Source: Takakia lepidozioides (lineage: Eukaryota; Plantae; Bryophyta). From it: DNA of 64,000 bases. Of this stretch, positions 36,960 to 50,623 are shown piece after piece. A program made the translations under genes and the position numbers. Below the pieces are notes generated by a model, which saw only the letters and a list, made by a program, of their open reading frames with translations, ran no database searches and had not been told where the DNA came from. The stretch spans positions 4,216,001-4,280,000 of the forward strand of contig CM060732.1 in NCBI GenBank assembly GCA_030704615.1. The letters run 5' to 3'. Within the stretch, counting starts at the first letter, position 1; every line of letters starts with the position of its first letter.

Positions 36960-37590
36960 GAATTACCTGCAGGATGGTAATTCGGCGCCGAATTTCCATC
37001 CGGCCGCGCTCCGAGTTACCTGCTTGATGGAAATCCGGCGCCGGATTTTTATCCGGTCGCGCTCCGAATTACCTGCATGACGGAAATTCGGCGCCGGATT
37101 TCCATCCATCCTTGCTCCGAATTACCTGCAGGATGGAAATTCGGCGCCGGATTTCCATCCATCCGCGCTCCGACTTACCTGGCGGATGGAAATTCGGCGC
37201 CGAAATTTCCATCCGGCCGCGCTCCGAGTTACCTGCTTGACGGAAATCCGGCGCCAGATTTCCATCCGGCCGCGCTTCGAATTACCTGCATGACGGAAAT
37301 TCGGCGCCGGATTTCCATCCATCCGCGCTCCGAGTTACCTGCAGGATGGAAATTCGGCGCCGGATTTCCATCCATCCGCGCTCCGAGTTACCTGCAGGAT
37401 GGAAATTCGGCGCCGGATTTCCATCCATCCACTCTCCGAATTACCTGCATGACGGAAATTCGGCGCTCCAAGTTACCTGGCGGATGGAAATTCGGCGCCG
37501 GATTTCTATCCATCCGCTCTTCGAATTACCTGCATGACGGAAATTCGGCGCTCCGACTTACCTAGCGGATGGGAATTCGGCGCCGAGGGC
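36960..37590. repeat. 53-bp tandem array of GGAAATTCGGCGCCGGATTTCC, family B copy 2
   Basis: Motifs at ~37027, 37080, 37133, 37186, 37239, 37292, 37345 and 37398, then shortened units. Confidence 0.95.
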
Positions 37591-37639
37591 TTCGTTGCGT
37601 CATACTTCATTCGACATTTAATTGCGTAGTTGGGCATTA

Positions 37640-37885
37640 AATGTCCTCCGCCGTCGGTTTTGATTCGTGATGGCGACACAGGGATTCCGCGCTTGCTTCC
37701 TCGATACGTCTTGGAAACCTGATGCTAAACTTGGATGAAGTTCTATTCGAGGCATGTACGCAAAAATACTGAGATCTTTTTTCTTTTGTTGGGACTTATG
37801 CCGCGTGAAGGGCGTGGCTCTCCTGAGAGAGACCCCACATCCAGACCGCGGCGGAAGTTGAAGGCTTTGTACTACGGGCAACGGC
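37640..37885 (+). pseudogene. ORF-Y copy 2, divergent from the family B transposase
   Basis: MSSAVGF..DSALASSIRL..FEACT..FLLLGLMPREGRGSPERDPTSRPRRKLKALYYG. Confidence 0.55.
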
Positions 37886-38789
37886 CAACCTCTCGCATGG
37901 CCAAACTTAAGCTCCAGCAGGAGATTCCAGTGTCTTGCTCACAACCCGCGCCAACTGAAGCCGAGTACTCCCAGACAAGCCCTTCCGCTTTCGCTTTGTT
38001 GTTTACTTCGTTTTTTGGTTTGTTTTCGCATCTTCAGCATGGCATCGCTGGAAGCGTATGGTTGCATCGCAAAAGCAGGAGCTGTTGAGAAGAATGATCA
38101 AGGTCAGAGTGGTTAAAAATTAAGGCAATCCATGCTGAGCTGAGAAGATTGTCTGAGCAGATGAAGTGCCTTCAAAACATTTCACCCTGTTTTCCCGTCT
38201 TATGGAATTCGTGTTCATTTGTTCATCGTGTTTCGTGTTACCGGTTGAGTGAACCTTAGATAGTTTGCAATGCGTGTGCAAAGCCGTAGCCGCAGAGAAC
38301 ACTCATTCAGGAGCAACGAAAGATAAGTTAGCTTGAGGAACTATGTTGTTGTCATGTCACGTCCAAATTCACGTCTGGAAAAATGGCGCCGAATTTCCAG
38401 TTACATGGCCCATAACTGCCCAACATCTGTGCAATCCCCGGCACCATGTACCGAAATTCGGCGCCACATTTCCAAATTTTGGGCTTACACACTTGTCATG
38501 AGGGGACCTATATCCGCGGGGCGCGCGGAGGCACCATTTTTCGCCAGAGAGACCTAATACCGCGAAATACGTCGCGATTCTTTCCGGTTACGGACCCTAT
38601 TACCGCAAAATTCGGCGCCATTTTTGCACATATCGCTGGGAATTGGCATGAGCGGAAGACGAAATATCATGAGCACAACTCTCAAAACTACAATTTCCCC
38701 TTCAAGGTGCCGAATAATATATTTGTTTTTCTGACACATTCCATTAAATTAATGTTTTATAATGTTTTTTATTTTTGAAATTTGTACTT

Positions 38790-38857
38790 CTGCTCATGAA
38801 AACCGATTGTTTTGCTACTCCGCTCATGCCGCTCATGCTCATGAAATAGCTAACCTC
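38790..38857. repeat. Putative MULE TIR (5' end of minus-strand family B copy 2)
   Basis: ccgctcatgccgctcatgctcatgaaatagctaacctc. Confidence 0.7.
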
Positions 38858-38871
38858 TCGGGTGTACGTAC

Positions 38872-39123
38872 ATGCCAGAGAGGATTCCATCGCAAACAGT
38901 GTATGGGGACATTCTCATAAGCTACGAGGATGAGTCCTATGGACATAGAGTCTCCACAGCAAAGATCTCGATTTACGATGGTGCATATATCGGAGGACAT
39001 GACACCGTTGTCCACTACACCAAAAGAGAGCGGGGGAGGGCTGCATCCATTGTCTTCACCTACCGACACCCTGTCAGTCATGAGCTTTTTGAGAGGCCAA
39101 TCGAGGTTCCAGCTTCTTGGTGA
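38872..39123 (+). pseudogene. ORF-X C-terminal fragment (unknown MULE-associated protein)
   Basis: YGDILISYEDESYGH..KISIYDGAYIGGHDTVV..IVFTYRHPVSHELFERPIEVP aligns with 53600-53830 and 52270-52360. Confidence 0.7.
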
Positions 39124-39129
39124 GAATAA

Positions 39130-42100
39130 TGTCGCGCACCTCACTTCGGTAATCGGATTCCTAAGCTAGCTAAGCCGGGCTAAGCATGCATTTCCTCCCC
39201 CACGCTCCAAGGTTGATGTCCCCATCAACGCTTCTTCCGCTTTTGAGGTCGCCCTTCGAAAGCTGCAACCGCCTCGGATGCGTTTCCCATTTCTGAGGCA
39301 CGCACCCAAGATGCCTCCACATGATGATAGCCCTTCCATTTGACGAGATACTCCGTTTCTCGGTTCCTGAACCTCCTCGACTTAAGTATTGCCTCCACCT
39401 CGTACTCAGGTTCATTTTCATGATCCAACAACATAGGTGGCGGACGCAACACTTGATGCCGATTCGGACGCGCTTCATCTTTGAAGTAAGGCTTCAAAAG
39501 GGAGACATGGAATACTGGGAGCACCTTGCTGTTTGTCGGCAGCTCCAATTCATACACATCCTCATTCATAACCTTCCGAATGCGAAAGGGTCCCGCATAT
39601 GGAGGTACAAACTTCGGACTCACTTCCGGAGGTAGTCGGAAATTCTTGATGTTCAACCAGACCTCTGTGCCTGCCTCAAACTTCACTTCCCTCCGCTTCC
39701 GATTCGCCTGCCTTTCATACCGTTTCCTAGCTTTGGCAATATTGTACTTTGCGAGCTTCAACAAACGCTCGCGTTCTTCCAGTACCGCCGCTACTGCCAG
39801 TTTCTTCAACGTCCTGGGCGGCCCAACTTGTCGGCACCAGAGGTGCTTTTCCATAGACCAATACGAAAGGGGAAACTCCCGTTGCGGAGTGTTCTATGTT
39901 ATTATAACAGAACTTTGCCGCGTCTAAGTGTTCCACCCAGTCTGTTTGGTCTGCCGACACGTAATTCCGCAAGATCTGCTTCACTACGGAATTCACCCTT
40001 TCTGTTTGGCCGTCGTCGTAGGTCGGAAGGCGGTGCTCATCTTCAGCCTCGTCCCCATCTTCTTCCAAAGTGCCCTCCAAAATTTACTCGTAAACTTTGG
40101 ATCGCGGTCCGAGACAATATCCTTCGGGACTCCATGATGTTTTAAGACGTGGACGAAGTAAAGTCGCCCTGTCTCCTGCGTCGTTGCCGTCTCCTTGGTG
40201 GGGATGAAATGGCCCATTTTACTGAACCTATCCACCACCACCATGATTGCATCGAATCCTTTTGACAGCGGCATAGCAGTCATGAAATCCATCGAGACGC
40301 TTTCCCAAGTCCCCTCTGGAATTGGGCAAGGGTTGTAACAGCCCCGCTTGCTTTTGTACTCGCTCCGTTTTGTTGGCATGTGGTGCATGTCTTGACATAC
40401 TCCTCTGCCTCCTCCCTCAGTTTGGGCCAAATACTCTTTCTTCAAGAGTGACGCAGTGCGCTTGGCTCCGCCGTGGCCCGCAAGCGGGCTATTATGGCAT
40501 TATCTCAAGAGGCTATCTCTGATCCCTCCCTTCGGCACGTAGAGACGTTTTTGCTTATACCGGAGCAGTCCATTTTGCAAGTGGAACTGCGATTTACCCC
40601 CCATCCTCAAGTCCTGCATCGCGGACTTTGCCAGCTCATCCTTCCGGCAAGCCTTCCGGATCTTCTTTCTTTGGAAGCGCCGTCTCGCCCTTGTATACCA
40701 ACAAGAGCTGCTGCTTTCTACTTAAAGCATCGGCCACCACGTTGTCTCGTCCCGGTTTGTACTGGATATCCAACGTCGAACACGCCAAAGTATCTTGCCA
40801 CCTAAGTTGTTTTGGGGACAACTTGGGCTGCGTGGCAAAATACTTCACCGTGACATTGTCCGTGAACACCTTCACTAGGTTGGAACCAACATAGTGGCGC
40901 CAAAGCTCAAGACAAGCAATCACCGCCTTCATCTCTTCTTGTGCGTCGGCCACCGTCGCTCCACTTCATTCAGTTTCTTACTTTCGTAAAGCCACTGGAC
41001 GTCCATCTTGCATCAGTACACCCCCAATCGCAAAGTCCGACGCATCTGTATGTATCTCGAACGGACGATCGAACTCCGGGATTTTCAAGACTGGAGCTTC
41101 CGCCATCCGCTGCTTCAATTCAGCAAAATTTGGCCACAAAAGGTGTTCCATGCCCAACTTTAGATTTACCAGAATGTCTGACAGCGGCCCCGCAATCTTG
41201 GCGAAATTTCACACATACTTCCGGGAATAGGAGGCGAGTCATAGGAAGGATCGCACTCCCGGGACCGAAGTCGGAGGCTCCCAGTCCCAAGATCGCCCTC
41301 ACCTTTCTGTCATCCATTTTGATCCCATCCTGTGTAATCACATGCCCCATAACTCCACTTTTGTGACCCCGAATTCGCACTTTGAAGCTTTGGCATACAG
41401 CTTCCATTCCTCGCATTTTTGGAACACCCTTTTTCAGGTGCTCCAGGTGCTCCTCCTTTGTTTTGAGTACACCAAGATTGTCGTCGATGTACACGATCAC
41501 AAGTCATCCAACACTCCTGAAAAAGGCTGTTCATCAGCGTGCTAAATGTGCTGGTGCATTGGTGAGCCCAAAAGGCATCACCAGAACTCATATGAACCAT
41601 ACCTTGTCCTGCACGCGGTTTCCTCCGCATCTCCTTCCACCACCTGAATTTGGTGATAGCCGGAGCGCAAGTCGATCGGCTGAAATACTTCCATCCTCGC
41701 CACCGATCAAAACGAAGAGGTCGTCGATCCTTGGCAAAGGGTACCGGTTTTTGATAGTCACCTTATTCAGAGCCCTGTAATCGACACACATCCGCAGCGT
41801 CCTCCTTCTTGTCTGCAAATAGGACCGGGGCTCCGTAAGGTGACTTACTCGGCCGATGTACCCCTTTGACATTAGATCTTGAGCTGAGTCTTCAGCTCGA
41901 CCAACTCTCTGTGGCTCAAACGGTAGGGTTCCTTGGCAGGCGGTTCCGTTCCGCGGTATCACCTCAATCTGTGGTCACTCCTCTTCGTGTGGCAAGCCGC
42001 TTGGTAACTCCTCCGGCCATCACACCTGGTATTTCTCCAAAATCCTTGATCCAATCTTGGCTCGGCTCCCCATCGCCTTCTCTCCTTTCACTTCTCTAAT

Positions 42101-44354
42101 GTAAAGCAAAATTGGGGCTCGTGTGCCTCCTCCACGGCCCACTCCTTGCTGACGAATGTTTATTCGTCCTCCCCACGGGGTTGGGCGTTTCCCGACCTCT
42201 AAACTCACCACCACCATTCCCACATGCAGGTGACTACTCTCGTGCGGCCATCTATGACCGCTCCGGATTTGCTCAAAAGGTCATCCCCAAAATGAAATCC
42301 ACTCCATCGATCTCGCAGATGGTGAAGTTCTCCACGTCCCTCCCAACTCCCCAGTTGAAGAGGAACATCAAACGCCAACCTTGTCGCCAACTGTGGTTCT
42401 CCTTTGGCAGAACGACCTCAATAGAGGCCCCCCACGTCACTTGTCGGGAGTCCCAACTTTCGCGCCGTCGCGCGCGTCATGAAGGAGTGCGACGCTCCTG
42501 TGTCCACCAACAACGACACGTTAGTTCCGGATATTAGCCCATCCATGAACAATAACTGACTCCCTTTACGCGGGCGCCAGTTTCCGGATACAACTCACAA
42601 GAATAGTTGCCTACCTTGCAATCCCTGGCGACCACCGCTTCCACCCACCGCGACTGATGGTATCTTCATCCGACAGCTTTCGTGGGTTTCCCGAGTCATG
42701 TTCAATTGTCGAGGTTTTGTGCACTTCTTGGCATGTTCCTGGCTCCCCGCAATTGAAACACACTCCATCAAAGGTCGAGAACAACCCCCTAGGGACATCC
42801 GAGAAATGGGGCCAGTCCCGCCACAAAGTTGAAGACCATTTCTGGTTCTGCCATGTCCGCGACTTCGAGCAACAGCACATTGAAAGCCTGGACATACCCC
42901 CGAATGTCATCTGTTTGCTTCAAATTCCTCATCTTGTCCCGGGCAGCCAGGACGTTGAGGGGCACAAACTGTCTCTTCATCAATTCCTTGAACCCACTCC
43001 AGTTCAAGGTTTCCGGGCTTGGGCCTCGGTCGTGAAGGCGTTTCTGCCACCATTGTTGAGCATAGCCCCTCAAATAGGTGGGAGCCACTTCCACCCGATC
43101 CTCGTCACTCAACTTGGCCGCCCGGAAGTACTGCTCTAGCTCCAGGAGCCAGGTGTTGAGTGCCTTCCGATTTCGGCCGCCCGGAAAGTACTGCTCTAGC
43201 TCCAGGAGCCAGGTGTTGAGTGCCTTCCGATTTCGGACGCCCTCGAAGGTGCCGGGTTCCTTAGGCTTCACCTTAAACTTTGCCTTAGTGGAAGTGGCAT
43301 TAGCCGCCTTCAACACGTCTTTCAACGTCCCCCTGCCCACAACCCTTCCCAAAAGGCTGCCGGCATGGGAGACATCTGTTGGTCGGGTCGGAGCTCTCAC
43401 GGATTCCTCGGGCTCCGACTCTTCGGATTCCTCCCGCTCTTGAGTGGCCTCGCTTTCAGAAACCTGCGTCGCTTCCTCAAACGGCCGCTTCGGTGACACG
43501 TCGCCCCCATCGGGCTCACCAGGATCATCATCTTTTGGGCCGTTCCGCTTTCGCTTTGGCTTGCCCGACCCCATGATGAGGCCAATCCCAAGGACGATCG
43601 CGTACTGAACTCTAAGCTCTGATACCAAGTATCGCGCACCTCCACTTCGGTAAGCTCCCCTTCAAGTCATAGTTACTCGCTTTGATGCGCGCGCCTGACT
43701 CCCAACCTGGCCGCCCGGGCCAACTTGGAGCTTTGCTGCTCACCGGGACATAACGGTCCCCCTTCGCTTCCCACTAAACCCTCCACCTATTTGGGACTAG
43801 GAGAATTCCCTTTGGTAGATGGCAGTCCGGAACAGCTCCCACTCTTTGGTCGCTTTCCGGCTCGCTCGCTTACTCACTAGTTTTTGGTCACCAACGGGCT
43901 TGCACCGTTCTCGGGGTCACTACTCCCCTTATATATACTTCTGTAGCTGTCCGCGGGGGTTTCACAACCAGCCATGCCATTTTATGGCGAACCACCACGA
44001 AAACCCTCGACTCCCGGTGATGAGTCGCGGTGAGTCTTGGCCCACTCACCACGGCCCCTATGGACCGTGATGAGTCCCAAGACTCCCACGACTCCCACCA
44101 CGAGGTCTCCGCCCCCATGGTGAGTCCTATGCCACCCCCACTAAGTCCCGCTAAGCTACCACCACCCCTTGTGGAGCCACCCCACCGCAACCCGGTGTGC
44201 GGGGCTCCACCTAGTGAGCGCCTCCACTTCCCTGAGTGCCTTGGGCACTCAAGGGTGCTTCAGCCCCCCATACCTATCGCTGCCGCTGCCCCCACCACAG
44301 GGGCAGCCCCTCGTGTGTCCCGACCCCCTGCCCTCAAGGCAAAGGGCCGCGACA
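39130..44354 (-). mobile_element. Chromovirus-type Ty3/gypsy element: 5' LTR 43630-44354, tRNA-Met PBS, gag-PR-RT-RH-INT-chromodomain, PPT, deleted 3' LTR
   Basis: PBS gctctgatacca at 43616-43627; gag WLLELEQYF; protease LLVDTGASHSFM (~42480-42515); [21 protein letters not shown] and VYIDD; RH FTDN; INT SMDF, SDRDPKF and GQTER; chromodomain YEVEAIL..YLVKWKGY..SW. The first ~23 nt of the LTR recur at 39130. Many frameshifts. Confidence 0.95.
43116..43236. repeat. 60-bp in-frame tandem duplication in gag
   Basis: RNRKALNTWLLELEQYF occurs twice. Confidence 0.9.
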
Positions 44355-44699
44355 ATAGTGCAACAGGGGAGCAAATTCCCAACTTACCTGAGCATGGATG
44401 GCATGCATACTTTTGGCTTCCCTCGGCTTGTGAGGGCATGCATACTTCTCACAGTTCATTATTAATAAAAATGTCTCCTTTGAACCAACGTTCCACTTTT
44501 TGTGCAATGTTGCATTTTGTTGAATGTTGACTTTTGGCTGCGAGGGTCTGGCACTCAGTCTTGCAATCAGACCCACTGGAATCCCACCTCTGTCAATTCC
44601 CTTTGTCCATGGGGAAGGTGCTTGCACGCTCGCCCCCCCACGCTTCTTGTCAGACGCCGTAATTATTGGTTTGCGCAGCGCATTTGCACAGGTCTGCAA

Positions 44700-45030
44700 C
44701 CTTCTAACTGCATACCGTTGGCAGTTATTGCACAAAGGCCAGGGGCCGCATTCCGGAGACAAGGTTCATTAACATTTTTGGGAGAGTGGGCTCCCCGGAT
44801 TCGTGAATAGGCTTTGTCGCTCGGAAAGATCGGCCCTGCATTCCTTTCCCTCGCTATACCCCTTCTCCCAGGGCGCTTGCCCGAACGCCGTCCTGGCAGT
44901 CTTGTGGGCACATCTCCCATGGCAGAAAACTCGAGCGCTATAGTGTACTGCCCTCCTCACGAGCATAGAGCTACATTTCCATGCAGAGGGGAGATCTGTC
45001 GGGTGATGGAGAAATATCTCTGTGTTCGAT
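44700..45030 (+). pseudogene. Third family B transposase 5' fragment (leader and N-terminus)
   Basis: Reverse-complement homolog of ~35625-35967; MAENSSAIVYCPPHEHRATFPCRGEICRVMEKYLCVR from 44919. Confidence 0.85.
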
Positions 45031-45899
45031 GTCTCTTCTATGGTCACATGAGGAGTGTACACTAGTGATTTGGTGTACATAGCTTTTGTTATAGCATGGC
45101 ACGGGAACTCCAGTGATGCAAATGTCCCCTTAGATTACAACTAAACATATCTCATTTGAATTATCTAGCTTGTGCTATAGCTCATGTCAACCAAGAATGT
45201 GCGTTGTATTACATAAATAGACTATGCCCCGAGATAGTGACTTCTGTGGTTCTTGCGTGTAGCTTGTAGCAATTGGAGGTGAGACCATCAGCGCACCAGC
45301 TCTGAAATCCAAGGAAACAGGCATTGGACAGACAAGTGTTTTAACCCCTTCAAATAACAGTAGACTAGTGAATTCTTTCAATGGTTGAGTGGATGTTGTT
45401 TGGTTTTGGAGAGTGAGCTTTGTATCATGTACCCACAAAGGTAGATAACAACATATGATGTGAAATGATGAAATGGTTCAACAGCACGTTCAACTTGTTG
45501 GTTTGTCTTGTTCTTGCCAACAATGTCGTGTGTTTAGGGTTTAGGCCTAATGACAGCCTTCAGGCTTGTAAGGGTTTTTTTCCTTCAAATAATTCATTAA
45601 TAAAATTCTCAGGGCCACCGTCCCCGCTTCTCATTCAAAGATAATAGCATCTTCAATGCCCGCGCGTGTGATCCAGGTGGCTTCCAAGATAAGGAAGGGT
45701 TTTAGGGAGGGAGAAACACTTCTTCACTGGCCCTCGAGCTGGCAACAGATGGCACGCAAGTGAAGGGAGTTGCACGGTCAGCGTTAGAGGGCACCCAGAG
45801 AAGAGAGAGAGAGAGCTAGAGGTGGACTGTACCAATACTTTGCAAGAAATTTTTCACTGCATCTCGCCGTCTGCTTCTGCTCTACCCTAACAGGTATTC

Positions 45900-47985
45900 A
45901 CCTTATGGTTTCGAATGTCCCACCATTGCCTGGGGTTTGAAAAGTACTTCTTCAAAGGCTCCTCCTCCTTGTCGGTAATTTGGCTTGTATAGTTGCCCGT
46001 GTCAGCGATTTCCTTGCTGAATTTGAGCACGAGCGGAAGTGGCCATGCATTTTTCTCCACCTCGAGGTGACCTCCTTGCTCATCACCTTGTCCATGAATC
46101 TCGTCCTTCTCTACTGGTCCCCGCTAATATGAAATTATCTTGAAACTGTTCGAAACATTTCTCAACGCCATGCGATTTTGGAAATGCAGACGAGGGGGGA
46201 GAGCAGTAGGGCCCACACCTTCTTTCAGCCCAGAGCCAGGCTTGCACAGCAGGCATCGTCTCCACACTTTGTCATGTATAATTATTGAAAGGGAGACATG
46301 CGGGCTTTTACTGAACTTCGATTAGAGACCTGTTTTTAAGTTTGAGTTCAGCAGGCTGTACATGTTTGAATGCGGCAGGGAAGAAGAGGGCGGACTTGCA
46401 AAGAGAGCCCGGATCTATGGTTTTGCCTGAGGCAAAGCAATGTGCTAAGTACTGGGGCTATCTTCCTGAAGCCATGGTTTTTGCGTGGCTGCATGTGTAG
46501 CCTTGATCTGCTTGGTTGAGATTCTCAAACAAATCTGCGAGTACAAACCTTGGAGGTTTGTCGGTGTGCGGTGGTACGTCCAGACTGGGAAGGTGAAATA
46601 CTTCCGCCAAGTATTTCTGTCAGCAGGATGTGCGGTGTGGAAATTTGTGCTCCGAGTGCTTGGTGTTGTAATTCTCCAAGAACTCCCTGCATACGCTCGT
46701 CGTGTGCTTCAGGTTCCAGTCCACGTGGTGATGAGTATCGCAGGCCAAGACTGTCCAACGTCTCCTGTGTGTCTATGTCCTGCTCAATCTTCCGCAACGC
46801 CGGGCTGATTTTGAAATTGACTGCCGCATAAGAACTTGGTGCCTTCCGCTTGGTGCCTGCCATTTCTCGAGTCTCGCGAATTGGAGCACCAATTCCGGTA
46901 TCACAAGAAGTATGAAGCACAAGGAAGTTGTGTATATAGCAATTTCCAGTGGCGGAAGAGAAGGTGAGGGAGTTCACTCCTGGTTTAGTAGGGGTTCCTC
47001 TCTGTAGGTTTATCTCTAATTCTCTCGAGGTTCTCGTGGAGGTAATTTTGTCCCTACTGGTTGCCTAGGTTTAAAGCGTGGTTAGCTTTAATTGCTGGGC
47101 CCAGGCTTACCAAGAAGCATTAGCCTCGGTCAACGGTTGTGAGAAAACTTCATCCTTTGTGCTTGATTTTCTTCCGTTGGTTTTCTTCGTGATTTGTTTT
47201 GTAAAATGATGTCGTTGATGATTGTCCAGTTTCGGTCAGTTTAGTTCATCCACTTGGTATGTGGTCCGTTTTTAGATGGGCGGCGTTGGCGCAGTACTTG
47301 CAGCTTGGTTTAATGGCTTTGCCCTTATCGTCCGCCGTCTTTTGGCAATCCGTTGGATTGCGCCGTCGTTCCGCCTCTGGGTTATGATCGAAGGGTAGTG
47401 GTGTATGATTACCACTGTCGGTGGGGTGATCTGAAGCGTACATCTCGGAATTTAACACAAGCAGTGACTCGTGGCCGTTTCGTATTCGTTCACTGTTCTG
47501 TAGGGCAATGTGCTGGCCACGGTTCACCATACGGTATACGGGGTGGGTAATGCTGTCCTCCAGATAAATGGGGTCTAGCCGTCGTGGTGCCCTGAATTCG
47601 TGTTGCACTTGTCTTAGTACATGCTGATTCACCGTGTCGTGATGAATGTAGTAGGCATTGTGGTTTCGCGCTCCTCCTCTTTAGTTTGATCTTTCTCGTT
47701 GGCGTATATAAATCATGTATAAGGGTTTTGTCATGTATTCCCTGGTAGCCTTTTAACTTGTTAATATTAATTCGTCCCACGAATTCTTGTCCCTTGCAAA
47801 TCAACAGTTCCATTGTCATGTACCCTTTTGATTTGAAATGGTCCCATCCATGGCATTTTCAATTTTCTGCCCAGTTTGATCTTCTTGATTTTTGGTAACC
47901 ATAATACAATATCCCCGTCCTGGAAAGATTTCTCTTTCCCTTCGGATATTCTTTTCCTTCGTTGTTCCTGGATCCATGCCATAAG
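45900..47985 (-). mobile_element. Ty3/gypsy (Athila/Tat-like) integrase C-terminus and decayed downstream accessory ORF
   Basis: FQDGDIVLW..KLKMPWMGPFQIKRVHDNGTVDL..RININKLKGY (GPY/F domain); a frameshifted ORF starts MAGTKRK at 46863. Confidence 0.65.
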
Positions 47986-48270
47986 CAGCAGCAGAGGACA
48001 TCATCAACTCGACGGCTGATTCCCCAGTACAGAGAGAAGGGGAGAATCAACAGCGAAGAGGGGGGGGAACAAACCCACAGACCAACGAAGCAACGCCCAT
48101 GGAAATTAGCCATGGCAACACCGAAGCACAGCAAGCAGCACACACAGAGGCCACACAATCAGAGGAGGGAGACATAGTGGCGCAGCAATAGCAGATGGTG
48201 CAACAGGCACCCGACCAGCAACAACAGCAGATAGTACAAAAGACACCCGATCAGCAGCAACAGCAGATGG

Positions 48271-50623
48271 TGAACGAAGAGGAGATGCTTGACCTGTTGG
48301 AGTCCGTCTCGCACGTTTGTAGTCCGAATGTGCGGAATCACATCGTATCTTGCAAGCAGGAGTTCGGCCAGGGGTCGGACATGCACTCAATCTTGGAGGT
48401 GAAACGAATGACTGGATATGACTACATCCAAGGTAGCAGGTTTCCAGGGCAAGGCAACAAATCCGATCGTTGTTACATTTTTAAAATATCGACGTGTGGG
48501 CTTGGGAGTGGAGTCGACTTGGTCACTCGCATGACAACTGGAAACTTGTCGAATGCTTGGGTGATGTTTGATCACATCAAGCGAATTACAAACCATCAGT
48601 GGGTGACTATGGGTGCGCATGTTTATGACTATCACTCCAAGAGGCTCATGGCGATTGCAATCTGCGAGATGAAAGGGGAGGACACACAGTCGGAGATGCA
48701 TCTATGGGAGGGCATAAACGAGCAGATGGCAAGGGCGGGATTGCCAGAGCCCAATTTCAGGGGATTCATGGCAGACAACGCTCAGGCCAACTGGGCAGCG
48801 GTGCGGCGTGTGTACGGTGAGGACCCCAATGTTCCAATGGAGGGGAAAGAGAGATCCTGTGGATTCCATTGGATGTAGAGTCTATCCCACTACACTACCA
48901 AATTTGTTGCTAGCTCATTCCAGGCTGAACACCGTGTCCTTTGTACAGCGTGGAAGGATGCACCCACATTTGATGACGCGGAGGTTAAGTTTTCTATCAT
49001 CGAGGCTTGGTGGAACACGTCAGGTGCAGTGGAGACAACCAATCTGGGAGCCTTGCACAGCTGGTTGGGGTGGTGGCATTTCCGGTATCGACAGTTCGGA
49101 CAGTACATGCGGGAGGTATGATGCTGTCATTTTCGTGCAATTGTCTTTCTATTACGGACCTTTCCATTGGTTCCTCACCATTGTCTGTGTCCTTGTAGGA
49201 GCGGTGCTTGGATTCCGACACGGACATGCCGAACACGAATATGGCAGAATCAGTGCACTCCTCCTGGCGAGCGTCTTCTGCCGCACATCTGGTGGACGTA
49301 GTGACGGCCACAACGGAGGACATCGACAGAGCAATCATGCAGCAAGCCACGTACTACAAGTTCCTGAGCGGGAAACAATGGGGCTTTGGGCCGGACAGGG
49401 AGGAATTGTTGGTGCGAACAGCTTCGAGGTCGAACAATCCACTGAAATGGGCGACAACATTGCGAGAGAAGATCAAAGGGACGCCTCTACACCGCAGAGG
49501 TGAGCACCTAGAGGGGGACGTCCGTACTCGCCCTGTGAGGCGGAGGATTGAAGAGGAACCCGGGTGCAAAGAGGATTCCTGGAGATCCGACAGGAACATT
49601 CGGACAGCAACTCGAGGGCCCGTCATGTTGCCGCACAGTGTGTCTTCCAGCAGTGGAAGCCCAAGAAATTCTAGATCGCATCGCCTTCAAGCGGGGATTC
49701 CGTGCGAGAAATTCCCACCGCTCGCTTGCCCCAGATTCCGCCCCCTATTATGCAGTATGGCCAAGCCATTGTGGAGACGACTGTGTCTGCGTCACAGTGG
49801 AGAATTGCTCGCACAAAGCTGTCGTTTCGAGGCAGGTGTTCCGCAATTCGAGTGGATACACGGCAACGTTGTTTAGAGATGATAAGGAGGAATCCAGATG
49901 GTGCTGTCCCTGCTCCTACTTTTACAGGAAGATTTGTCCATGCAAAGTTTGCGGAGGCGACAACCACCCAGTTCTGGTTCTGCAGGCACGACATTATGAC
50001 TTGCATGTATGGAAAGCCCAAGTACGGCATACAAACAATGCCAGAGGCTCCCCCGGTGTGGCCGGTGGAACCAGGCTGCGATTTGAGTCAGGTTGAGGCC
50101 GACGCCCACCGCCGCAAGATTTCGGATGGTGCAGCGCACCGACGTCCCCAGACAACCATTTCCGCTTCCATAGCCTCCACCACCGACCCCTGTGAGAGCA
50201 AGAACAATGGGACCCGACAGCTCTAAGCATCCTACACACCGTTGGGGGAAACCGAAGAGGCGGCGACCTCCCTCAAAAGTGAACGAGACAAGGATGGGGA
50301 ATGCACTTCGGATGAACTGTACAATCCAGAGCTCGACAGAAATGCCCCCACCAGGCTTCGAGCGTGTGTATCAGATGGCCACGGCAGGCTCAGCTGTTCG
50401 CAATGAGTGTACACCATCACCATTTCAGAATTACCCACCTGCAATTGCACCGACTTTCAGATCATGGCGAACAAGGGGCATCATACTGCCCTTGCAAGCA
50501 TCTGTACTACGTGTACCTAAAGAGACTCCGGTGTAATTCCACAACTCATCACTTCATACATGCACCAGGGTTGAGCCCCCAAGAGGTGCACACTCTTCTG
50601 AATATGGATCCAGGGGACCAGTG
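48271..50623 (+). pseudogene. MULE family A transposase copy 2 (5'-truncated), DDE plus SWIM
   Basis: Near-identical to 4778-6000; intron at ~49115-49198; C-terminal PTCNCTDF..CPCKHLYYVY SWIM finger. Confidence 0.9.

Noticed and set aside
39125-44359. Target-site duplication around the chromovirus
   Set aside because: The flanks read aataa and atagt, which is not a clean match.
48180-48270. Poly-Q N-terminus of the transposase
   Set aside because: A CAG-rich repeat from unrelated sequence joined by chance to the truncated copy; copy 1 has different sequence here.
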